The notes beneath the pieces are model-generated. The model was not told where the DNA came from. It saw nothing but the letters and a program-made list of their open reading frames with translations, and made no database searches. Source: an uncultured delta proteobacterium (lineage in GTDB: Bacteria; Desulfobacterota; Desulfobacteria; Desulfobacterales; JAFDCJ01). Taken from it: a stretch of 64,000 nucleotides of DNA. Position 1 is the first letter of the stretch; each line of letters starts with the position of its first letter. Where the stretch lies: assembly GCA_963769935.1 (NCBI GenBank), contig CAVYNY010000003.1, forward strand, positions 44,341 to 108,340. Direction: 5' to 3'. The position numbers were made by a program, and so were the translations under genes. Positions 1 through 9,607 of the stretch are shown piece by piece.

Positions 1-10
1 TATCTCAGGC

Positions 11-889
11 GTGAGACACCTTTACCCGTTTGATGCCCATTACCTGGATATCAACGGCCTCAAGTATCATTATGTTGATGAAGGCCGCGGTGATCCGATC
101 GTGATGGTCCATGGCAATCCGACCTGGTCTTTTTACTTTCGGGAGCTGATAAAAGCCCTGAGCAGCCACGGCCGCACCATTGTGCCGGATCACATCGGCT
201 GCGGCCTGTCGGCCAAGCCCGACACCAGTTCCTATGGTTTTGGACTTAAAAACCGGGTCGATGACCTGGACCGTCTTTTAGATCAGCTGGGTGTAAGAAA
301 GGACATCACCCTCATCCTGCATGACTGGGGAGGCATGATCGGAATGGCCTATGCCGTCAAGCATCCCGAACGGGTTCGCCGACTGGTCGTCATGAATACC
401 TATGCCTTTCTGCCGCCCGTTGAGTATCGTATTCCATGGGCGACCTATTTTATCCGACATGCCGGCCCGCTGGCCTCTCTGGCAGTTTTGGGCTTGAATC
501 TTTTCACCGTCGCGGCGCTGCACCTGAACTCCAGGCAAGGGTTGGCCCGCGATGTCAAAAACGGCCTGACCGCCCCTTATAATTGCTGGAACCATCGCAT
601 CGCCGTACTGCGATTCGTGCAGGACATCCCGCTGAACCGCAAAGATCCGAGTTATCAATTAGCTAAAAGTGTTGACGACAATCTGAAGCTATTTTCGGAT
701 ACGCCGATTCTTGTCTGCTGGGGCGAGCACGATTTTGTCTTTAATCATCAATTTTTAAAGGAATGGCAAAACCGTTTTCCCCAAGCCCGGGTTTATCGCT
801 TTTCGGATGCGGGTCACTATGTACTGGAGGATGTGCCGGAAAAAATTGTACCTCTAGTCCGGGATTTCTTGCAAAAACATCCGCTGTAA
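11..889 (+). CDS. oleB: alpha/beta hydrolase, haloalkane dehalogenase-like; beta-lactone decarboxylase OleB
   Basis: HGNPTWSF, PDHIGCGLS, LHDWGG nucleophile motif and AGHY; directly upstream of oleC/oleD-like genes. The true start may lie left of the window. Confidence 0.85.
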   Translation: MRHLYPFDAHYLDINGLKYHYVDEGRGDPIVMVHGNPTWSFYFRELIKALSSHGRTIVPDHIGCGLSAKPDTSSYGFGLKNRVDDLDRLLDQLGVRKDITLILHDWGGMIGMAYAVKHPERVRRLVVMNTYAFLPPVEYRIPWATYFIRHAGPLASLAVLGLNLFTVAALHLNSRQGLARDVKNGLTAPYNCWNHRIAVLRFVQDIPLNRKDPSYQLAKSVDDNLKLFSDTPILVCWGEHDFVFNHQFLKEWQNRFPQARVYRFSDAGHYVLEDVPEKIVPLVRDFLQKHPL

Positions 890-909
890 ATTAAGGTCCA
901 AGAATTAAT

Positions 910-2583
910 ATGAATGATGTAAAAGCTCATGCCAGCGATGTCGTCAATATTTCAGCGTATCTGACCAGGATGGCCCAAACTGAACCGTATAAGCGCGCCG
1001 TCGTCTGTCCGGCAGGCCGCGATCGGAATCAGCGGGTTGCTTATTCGCATCTGACGTTTGTGCAGCTGGAACATGAAGTGGATCGATTGGCCTACGGATT
1101 GCAGGCTGCCGGCATCAGGCGCAACACTCGAACCGTCTTAATGGTCAAACCCGGCCTCGAATTTTTTGCGCTGATTTTTGCGGTATTTAAAACCGGAGCC
1201 GTGCCCGTGGTTGTGGATCCCGGAATGGGGATTCGACGAATGTTGAGTTGCTACCGGTCCACCCGCCCGCAGGCATTTATCGGCATTCCTTTGGCCCATA
1301 TGGTGCGAACCCTTTATCCTAAATTTTTTCATACCGTAAAGGTCTGGATAACCGTCGGCCGGCGCTGGTTCTGGGGCGGTCTGACGCTGAATCAAATTCG
1401 CCGCAACGCCTGGCAGCCCTTTCCCCCTGCCGAAACCCGCCGCGACGACATGGCGGCGATTCTTTTTACCACCGGCAGTACCGGACCGGCCAAAGGTGCG
1501 GTTTACAATCACGGTACCTTTGATGCCCAGCTGCAGCAAATCAAAACCCATTTAAACATGGCTCCCCATGAAATTGATCTGTCGACCTTCCCTCTTTTTG
1601 CCCTGTTTTACCCGGCCTTAGGCGTCACGGCGGTAATTCCGGACATGGATCCCACGCGGCCGGCCCTGGTAAATCCGGAGCGCATCATCGAGGCCGTCAA
1701 CAATCAAGGCGTCACCAACATGTTTGCCTCACCGGCCCTTTTGAATCGCGTCGGCGCTTACGGAAAGCAAAACGGCGTCAAACTGCCGTCTTTAAAAAGA
1801 GTCATTTCTGCCGGGGCGCCCGTATCGGCCGACAATATAGAGCAATTCCGCGCATTGCTGGGCAAAGCGGCCGAAATTCATACACCGTACGGGGCGACCG
1901 AAGCCGTGCCCATCATATCCATCACAAGCAGCGAAATTCTTTCGGAAACCCGGGATCTCAGCCAAAAGGGATACGGAATCTGTATCGGTCGCCCCATCAA
2001 CGACATCGATATTAGAATCATAAAAATCAGTGATGATCCCATTGAAACCTGGTCGGACGATCTCAGGCTGCCGCAAGGGGAAGTCGGCGAGATCACCGTC
2101 AAAGGTGCCCTGGTCAGCCGAGAGTATTTTGAAGATCCCCGGTCGACGGCCCTGGCCAAGATAAAAGAAAACGGTGAAATCATCCATCGCATGGGAGACC
2201 TTGGCTGGCTGGATGACAAGGGCCGTATCTGGTTTTGCGGGCGCAAGAGCCACCGGGTTGTCACAGAAAGTGAAACGCTTTACACCATTCCCTGCGAAGC
2301 CATATTCAATAATCACCCCCGGGTATTTCGCAGTGCTCTGGTGGGAGTCGGCCCCCGGTTTCTACAGCGACCGGTTATCTGTATTGAGCTGCACAAGGCA
2401 GATGCCGGCCGAAACAAAAAATATTTGAAAGTAGAACTGCTGGAATTGGCGGCAGCTCATCAATTGATCAAAAGCATTCGGACCGTGTTGTTTCACCGGT
2501 CATTTCCGGTAGACATTCGCCACAACTCAAAAATTTTCAGAGAAAAATTAGCTGTCTGGGCACAGCAAAAACTGAAAAAATGA
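910..2583 (+). CDS. oleC: AMP-forming ligase; beta-lactone synthetase OleC
   Basis: ILFTTGSTGPAKG, TPYGATEA, HRMGD, WFCGRKSHRV and C-terminal FPVDIRHNSKIFREKL typical of OleC. Confidence 0.88.
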   Translation: MNDVKAHASDVVNISAYLTRMAQTEPYKRAVVCPAGRDRNQRVAYSHLTFVQLEHEVDRLAYGLQAAGIRRNTRTVLMVKPGLEFFALIFAVFKTGAVPVVVDPGMGIRRMLSCYRSTRPQAFIGIPLAHMVRTLYPKFFHTVKVWITVGRRWFWGGLTLNQIRRNAWQPFPPAETRRDDMAAILFTTGSTGPAKGAVYNHGTFDAQLQQIKTHLNMAPHEIDLSTFPLFALFYPALGVTAVIPDMDPTRPALVNPERIIEAVNNQGVTNMFASPALLNRVGAYGKQNGVKLPSLKRVISAGAPVSADNIEQFRALLGKAAEIHTPYGATEAVPIISITSSEILSETRDLSQKGYGICIGRPINDIDIRIIKISDDPIETWSDDLRLPQGEVGEITVKGALVSREYFEDPRSTALAKIKENGEIIHRMGDLGWLDDKGRIWFCGRKSHRVVTESETLYTIPCEAIFNNHPRVFRSALVGVGPRFLQRPVICIELHKADAGRNKKYLKVELLELAAAHQLIKSIRTVLFHRSFPVDIRHNSKIFREKLAVWAQQKLKK

Positions 2584-3617
2584 ATGCAACACCATTAAAT
2601 AACCACCAATCGGAAAGCGTCCTGGTTACCGGCGGCGGCGGGTTTTTGGGCGGTGCCATTGTCAGGCGTCTGGTAGACCGAGGCGATCAGGTCAGGAGTC
2701 TGGCGCGAAATCTGCATCCTGCGCTTGAGGCCATGGCGGTTGAACAGATTCAGGGCAATATTGCCGATCCGGCAACGGTTGACAACGCCTGCCGGGGCGC
2801 CGAGGTCGTTTTTCATGTTGCGGCCAAGCCTCCTCCCTGGGGAGCATACAACGATTATTATCAAACCAATGTTGTCGGCACCCGCAATGTTATCGATGCC
2901 TGTCTTCACCGGTCGGTTTCAAGGCTGATCTACACCAGTACTCCCAGTGTGATATTCAACGGCGGCCATCTGGAAGGCGTTGACGAATCATTTCCCTATC
3001 CTGCCAGATACAAGGCCTATTACCCTGCGACCAAAGCCATGGCAGAACGTCTCGTTGTCAAAGCCGCCGATCAGGGGCTCAACACCATCGTCCTGAGACC
3101 CCATGAAATTTGGGGACCGGGCGACCCCCATTTCGTGCCGCGTCTGCTGGCCCGAGCCGACAGGTTGAAACAAATCGGAGACGGCAAAAATCTTGTTGAT
3201 ACAACCTACATCGACAACGCAGCGGATGCGCATATCCTGGCTGCTGATAAATTAAAAGACAACCCCCGGTTATCAGGCAAGATTTATTTCATCAGCCAAG
3301 ACGAGCCGATGCCCGCCTGGGACATGATCAACGCGGTCTTAAAGTCAGCCGGATACGGACCGGTCAAAGGCAAAGTGTCGTTCCGGGCGGCCTGGCTCAT
3401 CGGTGCGGTTCTGGAATTCTTCTATAAAACATTTCGCATTTCCGGTGAACCCCAAATGACCCGTTTTCTGGCTGAAGCTGTTGCAACTTCCCACTGGTTT
3501 AACATCAATGCCGCCAAAAAAGATCTCGGATATCAGCCGCAGGTGTCTACCCGGCAGGGATTGGAAAGACTTGCCGAATGGTTGAAAAAAAATACTTCAA
3601 AAGGAGTTTCTGGATGA
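2580..3617 (+). CDS. oleD: 3-beta-HSD-like NAD(P)H oxidoreductase OleD
   Basis: VTGGGGFLG, YTSTPSV, YPATK (YxxxK), LRPHEIWGPGD; 4-nt overlap with oleC. Confidence 0.85.
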   Translation: MNATPLNNHQSESVLVTGGGGFLGGAIVRRLVDRGDQVRSLARNLHPALEAMAVEQIQGNIADPATVDNACRGAEVVFHVAAKPPPWGAYNDYYQTNVVGTRNVIDACLHRSVSRLIYTSTPSVIFNGGHLEGVDESFPYPARYKAYYPATKAMAERLVVKAADQGLNTIVLRPHEIWGPGDPHFVPRLLARADRLKQIGDGKNLVDTTYIDNAADAHILAADKLKDNPRLSGKIYFISQDEPMPAWDMINAVLKSAGYGPVKGKVSFRAAWLIGAVLEFFYKTFRISGEPQMTRFLAEAVATSHWFNINAAKKDLGYQPQVSTRQGLERLAEWLKKNTSKGVSG

Positions 3618-4117
3618 AATTAGAAGATGTTGCTCCGCTGGAAAAATGGATCGATCTTGAAGTGAACATCCACCGGCAGACCGGCTTGGACGTCAATGTA
3701 TTTAATGTTGAGGGGTATCGAATAACCGAATTTAAAAATTGGGCCAATAATCTGTGCCCGGAAATCAAGGCCACCGACAAAGGGCAGAGTTTTATCTGTG
3801 CGCCGGCCCACATGAATATTGCCGCCGCGGCCATGCGCTCCAAAAAACCGGTCATCGAGGAATGTGATGCCGGACTCATTAAGATGGTGGTGCCCATTTT
3901 CGTCAAAGATGTATTCATCGGCGCGGTGGGCGCCTGCGGGTTTTTGCTGGATAAAGGCGAGGTCGACAGCTTCCTGGTTTACAAAATGACGGATATCGAT
4001 GAAGCAAAAGTCGAAAATTTATCTAAAGGAATTCCGGCCATTACTTCCGCCAGAGCGGAATCACTGGGCAAATATATTACGGCGCAGATTGATGAAATCA
4101 TCGGGCAGGTTAAATAG
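3614..4117 (+). CDS. standalone PocR-type ligand-binding domain protein
   Basis: Cys pattern LCPEIK...FIC...ECDAGL..MVVPI; ATG at 3614 overlaps the oleD stop (ATGA), with AAGGAG upstream. Confidence 0.7.
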   Translation: MKLEDVAPLEKWIDLEVNIHRQTGLDVNVFNVEGYRITEFKNWANNLCPEIKATDKGQSFICAPAHMNIAAAAMRSKKPVIEECDAGLIKMVVPIFVKDVFIGAVGACGFLLDKGEVDSFLVYKMTDIDEAKVENLSKGIPAITSARAESLGKYITAQIDEIIGQVK

Positions 4118-4146
4118 GCTCATACCTGAACTCTGAAATTCGTATC

Positions 4147-4344
4147 CTACTGCGCAACCGAATTTTCGGCATATTTGGTGTCGCGCAGATACCGTTTCAG
4201 AATAATATTGCCGAGCAGGGTTCCCTTCTTGTAGCCCTTGACAAACTCAGTGACCACCGCCTTGAGTTTTGGGCTGTCCTTGCGAAAAGCCCAGGCGATC
4301 TCACCGCCGGTTCTCACGGCGATGTTCGGATGAACTAAGATTTG
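4147..4344 (-). pseudogene. internal fragment of an MltF-like lytic transglycosylase/solute-binding protein gene
   Basis: Manual minus-strand translation QILVHPNIAVRTGGEIAWAFRKDSPKLKAVVTEFVKGYKKGTLLGNIILKRYLRDTKYAENSVAQ*; no start codon for this segment; not in the ORF track. Confidence 0.65.
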
Positions 4345-4428
4345 AGAATGTCCACTTAAAATCCAATCAGGTCAGGTAAAGCAGACTTTAACCCTACCCT
4401 GCCGATCCCCTCTCCCTGGCATTTCTAT

Positions 4429-4457
4429 GTAGACCAATTTTATGACTGGCGCGTCTA
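4429..4457 (+). promoter_or_regulatory. putative ECF promoter, motif 1 (GTAGAC-N17-CGTCTA)
   Basis: Upstream of the ECF gene at 4646; same spacing as the copies at 13998 and 20233. Confidence 0.6.
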
Positions 4458-4645
4458 TAAGGTAAAAATCCGAAATTCATGCAAGCGGTCGATTTGGTAA
4501 GATTTTTTAGTTTGAAGGCGGATGGAAATCTGATGGTGGTTAAGTAAACATGGACAATTCAGATGCGGACCGGATATCATGAGTTTCAAATTGATGCAAA
4601 AAGTGTTGCCGCACAATGTACAAACGTGATTTCCAAGCTCCTGAA

Positions 4646-5266
4646 ATGGCTCCATCAGATAAAACCACCACGACCTCTGAAACCTCCGACCAGCTGTTCT
4701 TGCTTGTTGAACAGGCTAAGGCAGGGAACCGCTCGGCCTTCGCCCAGCTGGCCGACCGATTTCATGAAGATATTTATCGCATGGTTTACTACCGCATCAG
4801 ATCCCGTCCCGATGCTGAGGATATTACCCAGGATGTGTTTTTAAAGATATTTCAAAAAATATCCGGCATCAAAGAGACGGCCAAGTTTCGCGGTTGGCTT
4901 TTTAGCATCACGCTGAACCGAATTCGGGATTTTCAGCGCAAAAAACGATTCCGGTCATTATTCAAGGCCGAGGATGAAAGTATAGAGTCGCACGCGCCCG
5001 AACAAAGCGACCAAGATCAGCCTGATGCGCTGGACCATGTTTTAAAAAAGGATTTTTGGCGACAAATCGGTTTGATCCTGAACAAACTGTCAAAAATGGA
5101 AAAAGAAGTCTTTTTGCTGAGGTTTTTTGATCATCTCAGTTTAACTGAAATCGCGGGCGTCTTAAAAAAAAACGAAAGCACGGTCAAAACCCATCTGTAT
5201 CGCGCGCTCGCCAAATTTAAAAGTGAACCCGCAATGCGACGCCTTCTCAATGAGGTTAACAAGTGA
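4646..5266 (+). CDS. ECF RNA polymerase sigma factor (ECF-1)
   Basis: Region 2 DAEDITQDVF...FRGWLFSITLNRIRD; region 4 LSLTEIAGVLKKNESTVKTHLYRA. Start could be 4616. Confidence 0.92.
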   Translation: MAPSDKTTTTSETSDQLFLLVEQAKAGNRSAFAQLADRFHEDIYRMVYYRIRSRPDAEDITQDVFLKIFQKISGIKETAKFRGWLFSITLNRIRDFQRKKRFRSLFKAEDESIESHAPEQSDQDQPDALDHVLKKDFWRQIGLILNKLSKMEKEVFLLRFFDHLSLTEIAGVLKKNESTVKTHLYRALAKFKSEPAMRRLLNEVNK

Positions 5267-5817
5267 ACTCAAATGACAACCACCATTTGGACGAGAATCA
5301 ATTTATTAAAGCGGTAGTGGATGCATCCGACCTGCCGGAGGCCGTGCAGGCGCATTTGTTCACCTGCACTCAATGCCGGAACAGAAGGCAAAACTTTGAG
5401 CGGGAATTGACCAGTTTAGGCCAAATTGCCGGGCTGTCGGTACCGAAACCGCAAAGACGGATCATTTTGCCGGCGCAAAAGTCCACAATCAGATTCTCAA
5501 GTTTCTTGGATTGGCGCAGCGTTATTGTGGCAGCGGCGACGGTTGCCGCTGTATTTATGGTTGTGTGGGGCACCAACATGGCACGCAATTTTTCCGAGCA
5601 CCGAACCGAAAACCTGACAGCGGAAATACGGGATGCCAATCGACCCATGAGCGAAGTCAACTCGCTTGTTGAAAATGCGCTGCCCCCATTTTATTTAGAA
5701 ATCGCAGATGAACCAAAACCAGATTACGATGAAGAGTTTTATCAATTTTTGATTCCGCCTGTTGAAGATAAAACCGTAACCTCTGAGCAAGGGAATCGAG
5801 GAACTTCATTATGCTAA
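5263..5817 (+). CDS. putative membrane-anchored zinc-binding anti-sigma factor
   Basis: HLFTCTQC (HxxxCxxC), one TM helix, overlaps the sigma gene stop. Confidence 0.7.
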   Translation: MNSNDNHHLDENQFIKAVVDASDLPEAVQAHLFTCTQCRNRRQNFERELTSLGQIAGLSVPKPQRRIILPAQKSTIRFSSFLDWRSVIVAAATVAAVFMVVWGTNMARNFSEHRTENLTAEIRDANRPMSEVNSLVENALPPFYLEIADEPKPDYDEEFYQFLIPPVEDKTVTSEQGNRGTSLC

Positions 5818-6218
5818 GAAAGATATTCAGTGTCATCTTGCCGGTCATTTTTCTGGTTGCTCCATTGATTGCCGCGGCTCAGCACGGTCCAAGAGGCAAA
5901 TGGTGGCATAACCCCCAGATTCAAAAGAATTTGAATTTGAACGAAAATGAAATCGGCAAATTGGACCAGCTTTTTGCCAACATCCGCCCCAACCTGATCA
6001 AGCTTAAAACGGATGTCGAGCGCGAGCAATTTGAACTGGATCAACTCCTGAGCAAAAAAAAGGTCGACGATGCTGATGTTAAAAAGCAGTTCCAAAAACT
6101 GGAGCAAGCCCGTAAAAATCTTTCCAACGCACGCCTTGACTTTGTGATCGGCGTTCGCAACATACTCGGTGCCGATCGCTTCCAGCAGCTCAAGTCCAAC
6201 TTTCAGAAGTGGCAGTAG
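5811..6218 (+). CDS. periplasmic Spy/CpxP/heavy-metal-sensor-like helical protein
   Basis: Signal peptide ending AAAQ, then GKWW..P...LNLNENEI and a helical hairpin; third gene of the ECF module. Confidence 0.7.
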   Translation: MLRKIFSVILPVIFLVAPLIAAAQHGPRGKWWHNPQIQKNLNLNENEIGKLDQLFANIRPNLIKLKTDVEREQFELDQLLSKKKVDDADVKKQFQKLEQARKNLSNARLDFVIGVRNILGADRFQQLKSNFQKWQ

Positions 6219-6276
6219 AAAAAATTTTTCGCAACTCGGCCGGTAAGGACTTTTTTCTCCGTGGCACGGCAAAATT

Positions 6277-7026
6277 ATGGATCCGGCAGCAATTCTCGCT
6301 TCACGCGACATCCTGCAAAAAATAGAAACCGTTTGCAGTCGACAGTTCTCTGCTGAAAACGACCGGGATGAGTGTTACATCTTCGTGCTTGACAGCCTCA
6401 AGGCCGACGATTTTAAGCGGCTGCGGGCCTTTAAAGGCAAAAGCAAATTATCCACCTATCTGTATTCTCTGATCAACTCCCTGGTTATTGATTTCAGACG
6501 CAAAAAATACGGCCGCCGGCGTGTCCCGGCCGCCGTGTTAAAACTCGGCAAGTGGGCTGAGGCAGTCTACCGGCTGGTGTGCTGGCAAAAGTTTTCCTTT
6601 GATGACGCCTATGATTTTCTGCGGGTTGACGGCCTGTATGACGGCAACTATGATCAGTTCATACAGGAGATCGAGGCGATCCGGAATGCACCCTGCCGGG
6701 AAAATCCGACTTTTAAATCGATCGATGAACCAGACAGAAATTCGGTCCAGCATATGGAAGCTTCAGGCGCCGATCCGCTGGAGGACCTGATACAAGCGCT
6801 TGACAGGGAAAAAAGAATCACAGCCCTCAGGGTTATTCGCGCAACAACGGAGGCACTGCCGGAGCCCGATCAGATTCTGGTCAGGCTGGTGTTCGGCTCG
6901 GGGCAGCCGCTAAGTGCGGCTGCCAAAATCATCAACCTTTCTGCATCCGCAGCCCGCAAACGGCTGCAGACTCTTTTATTAAAATACAGAGAAAGTTTGC
7001 TGGCCATTGGTATCCGCGAGCCGTAA
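6277..7026 (+). CDS. atypical ECF-like sigma-70 factor (ECF-2)
   Basis: FKGKSKLSTYLYSLINSLVIDFRRK (region 2) and LPEPDQILVRL..GQPLSAAAKIINLSASAARKRL (region 4), with a long insert between them. Confidence 0.75.
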   Translation: MDPAAILASRDILQKIETVCSRQFSAENDRDECYIFVLDSLKADDFKRLRAFKGKSKLSTYLYSLINSLVIDFRRKKYGRRRVPAAVLKLGKWAEAVYRLVCWQKFSFDDAYDFLRVDGLYDGNYDQFIQEIEAIRNAPCRENPTFKSIDEPDRNSVQHMEASGADPLEDLIQALDREKRITALRVIRATTEALPEPDQILVRLVFGSGQPLSAAAKIINLSASAARKRLQTLLLKYRESLLAIGIREP

Positions 7027-7039
7027 AATGTCCGTCTAA
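7012..7039 (+). promoter_or_regulatory. putative ECF promoter, motif 2 (ATCCGC-N11-TGTCCGTCTAA)
   Basis: Spans the ECF-2 stop and precedes the anti-sigma gene; near-identical to 7887-7913. Confidence 0.6.
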
Positions 7040-7095
7040 TTACTCTGCCTGATTATATTTTACTAGGTATGTTTAACAATTGAATAGAGGCAAAA

Positions 7096-7683
7096 ATGGG
7101 AAAATGGATCAATAAAAGCATGGCGCCAGCCGTTTCAGAGCAATCCGCTAATCATCCGGCCATCGAAGATATCGCGCGGCTGGCGGAAGGCAGGGTCGAG
7201 CAAGCTGAACGGGAACAATTCCTGCGCCATCTCAACCGATGCCAAAGATGCTACGAAATCCTGCAGGAAACCCTGATAGACATTGCCTCCGCCAGGCCTT
7301 TGCCAAAGGTTTCCGGTCCCTGGTGGAAATCCAAAATCTTTTATGCCTTGGCTGCCTCAATTTTACTGGTCATTATCATCGGCGGGCGCCTGGTATTTGA
7401 ACACCGCAATCAACATCCCCGGATCATAACCGCCACACTTGATATGGATCAGGAGTTAAAGGACATCCTGCTGGAAGGCGACACCCTGCGGTGGGAGAAG
7501 GGACCGCGGCTAAGCCGGCTGGTGGCTGCTCTGCACAAAAAAGGTCTGCAATTTAATGATCTGAAAGCTGCTATCCTTGCGCAACCCTACTATCAGAAAA
7601 AAAGCCTGTTCGGTCCCGGGGAAGTCCTTCATATTCGCATCGAGAATGGCGTGGCCTATCTGAAGGTTAAAGAAAAAAACTAG
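7096..7683 (+). CDS. zf-HC2 anti-sigma factor-like membrane protein
   Basis: HP..EDIARLAEG...HLNRCQRC, TM segment ALAASILLVIIIG, periplasmic tail. Confidence 0.75.
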   Translation: MGKWINKSMAPAVSEQSANHPAIEDIARLAEGRVEQAEREQFLRHLNRCQRCYEILQETLIDIASARPLPKVSGPWWKSKIFYALAASILLVIIIGGRLVFEHRNQHPRIITATLDMDQELKDILLEGDTLRWEKGPRLSRLVAALHKKGLQFNDLKAAILAQPYYQKKSLFGPGEVLHIRIENGVAYLKVKEKN

Positions 7684-7886
7684 CTTTATGCCCTGCAAAT
7701 ATATTTAAGTAGTCGACGGGAATACTCAATTAGAGTTGCAGCTTTGAACATAAAAAATTCCAAGCCCCAAATAACTGCTTTTTGGAATTTGAAATTTGCG
7801 ATTTAGACCTACCTTGTCCCCTTCCCTCTATTCTCAATCCCTTTCGAAAAAAGACATCCCACTCAAAAAAAAATAATGAATTATTG

Positions 7887-7913
7887 ATCCGCCATTACCA
7901 TCTGTCCGTCTAA
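7887..7913 (+). promoter_or_regulatory. putative ECF promoter, motif 2 (ATCCGC-N10-TGTCCGTCTAA)
   Basis: 55 nt upstream of the 7969 start; shares 11 identical nt plus ATCCGC with 7012-7039. Confidence 0.6.
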
Positions 7914-7968
7914 CAAGTTAAAAAGAAATCCTTCACTTTACCAACACAATGTCAAGAGGAGACCTGTC

Positions 7969-8817
7969 ATGTTAAAAGTGACGTTCAGCAGCTCGGCCCC
8001 GAATCCTCCAATTCGAACATGGCGTTGGGTGTTTCTTGGATTGGCCGTTTTTATTTTTACTGTCCCGGGATTTCCGGCAGCTGCGAAACAACCCCCTACC
8101 ATTCAGCTGTTTCCAACCACGGTGGTGGAAAATATCAAGCACACCGGAGAGGCGGCCAAAGCCATGGAACAGGACCTTCAGAGTGTGATTGACCGCCTGA
8201 ATCAGCAGGAGGAGCTTTACCTGGCGAGCAAGTGCGAAGGGGCCGCAGCCGAACAGGGCTGCAATGAAATCGCCGGACAGCTGAGTCAAACCTATCTGGA
8301 GATGCTGACCTTGATGGAAACCCGCCTGCCGGGGATGGAGGATTCGGTCCGGGCCACGAATACCAGCCTGGAAAGACGGATTCGCACGGAGTTGGGCCGC
8401 AAAACAACTCCCCGTGGTCTGCAAAAACTTGTAGATGGAACGCCGCAGCAATCAACTGAGTCTCCCCGCTACAAGCGAAGGGCGGGAAGACTGAGCGAAA
8501 AGTTCAGACAGTATTACAAACTGGTAGCCATGGCCCCCGGATCGGGCGCGGGTGGATCACTGGCGGCAGTCGCCGCTGAAATTTACCTTGATACCCAGGA
8601 AGTGCAGGAACTTATTGCCCTCACCCGCGATGAAATCAGCCGCGCCAAACTCATGATTGATCTCGATCAGGCATACGGCATCATCACGCCGGAAATGTTT
8701 GAGATGGTCGGCCGGGTGAAAACGATTATATTTGGCGAGACCGGAGAAGCGGAAGGCATACCCAGTCCGCCGGCCGGCAGCGCTAAAGCAGAATATCGCA
8801 GCCCCCTTGAGATGTAA
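7969..8817 (+). CDS. exported alpha-helical/coiled-coil protein of unknown function
   Basis: GAGGAG RBS, signal peptide ending PAAA, Cys pair (SKCEG...QGC), long helical segments. Confidence 0.75.
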   Translation: MLKVTFSSSAPNPPIRTWRWVFLGLAVFIFTVPGFPAAAKQPPTIQLFPTTVVENIKHTGEAAKAMEQDLQSVIDRLNQQEELYLASKCEGAAAEQGCNEIAGQLSQTYLEMLTLMETRLPGMEDSVRATNTSLERRIRTELGRKTTPRGLQKLVDGTPQQSTESPRYKRRAGRLSEKFRQYYKLVAMAPGSGAGGSLAAVAAEIYLDTQEVQELIALTRDEISRAKLMIDLDQAYGIITPEMFEMVGRVKTIIFGETGEAEGIPSPPAGSAKAEYRSPLEM

Positions 8818-8854
8818 CTATGGAGGCGTTCGCCTATAACCGGAGGGTGTTATT

Positions 8855-9427
8855 ATGATTAAGCTACAAAGTAAAATGAATGCCTGGCGTTTCGACCAAA
8901 TTTTTCTGATGTTGATAGTCCTCGCACTTTTTCCGGCGGCCTGCGGGAACCGGCAATATGTTAAACCCGGCTGCACGCTGCCTTCCGGCGTAAATCTTGA
9001 AGAAGCGTTGGCGCACTCAAGAGAAGATCTTGGGCACCTGGAGTGCGAAACCATGTTTGACGGTTACTATATTAGACTCATTGAAGTCGCCAAACGCGAC
9101 CCCGCAATACAAAACAAGCGCAAGTTCAGCGATTTTTTGGAATGGGCCAATGGGGAAGGCATTATCGATAAGATCCAGGCTCGCGACTACTATAATCGCT
9201 ACTTCAATACCACCTTCATGTCTCTGCCGGACGATTTTAATGTTTGCTCATCCTGCGCCGAGAAAACCCAAAAAGATCTCGAATCCCAGCTGGAAGAAGA
9301 ACTCGGCCAGAAAGAAGAAGGGCTGTTGAGAGCGTGCCAGGATAAAAACGCCTATTACCTTGCGGCTGATCAATATAACTCCATCATGCTGCTGCTGGAC
9401 GCCACCTGCACTGCCTGTCGGAACTGA
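8855..9427 (+). CDS. Cys-rich lipoprotein of unknown function
   Basis: GGAGG RBS, lipobox-like FPAAC, further Cys residues including CSSC and CTAC. Confidence 0.7.
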   Translation: MIKLQSKMNAWRFDQIFLMLIVLALFPAACGNRQYVKPGCTLPSGVNLEEALAHSREDLGHLECETMFDGYYIRLIEVAKRDPAIQNKRKFSDFLEWANGEGIIDKIQARDYYNRYFNTTFMSLPDDFNVCSSCAEKTQKDLESQLEEELGQKEEGLLRACQDKNAYYLAADQYNSIMLLLDATCTACRN

Positions 9428-9472
9428 TATGACAAGCGAATGTCAGATAATGCTGAGCATCAGGACTGAATA

Positions 9473-9570
9473 ACACGGACTGAGCAACGAGGACTGAGGA
9501 CAGAGATGGAAAAAATTCGAGCGATGCAAACAGCGATACGTTCAGTCCTCAGCCCTCAGCCCTCATCACT
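9473..9570. repeat. inverted heptamer arms (GGACTGA / TCAGTCC-TCAGCCC)
   Basis: ggactga-type units on the left and complementary tcagtcc/tcagccc units on the right. Confidence 0.6.
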
Positions 9571-9607
9571 TTTTCGAGCAGAAACTAAATTTTAGGGAAT
9601 TCATACG

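Noticed and set aside
6262..6278. sigma-54 promoter (TGGCAC) before ECF-2
   Set aside because: No TTGC -12 element at the required spacing.
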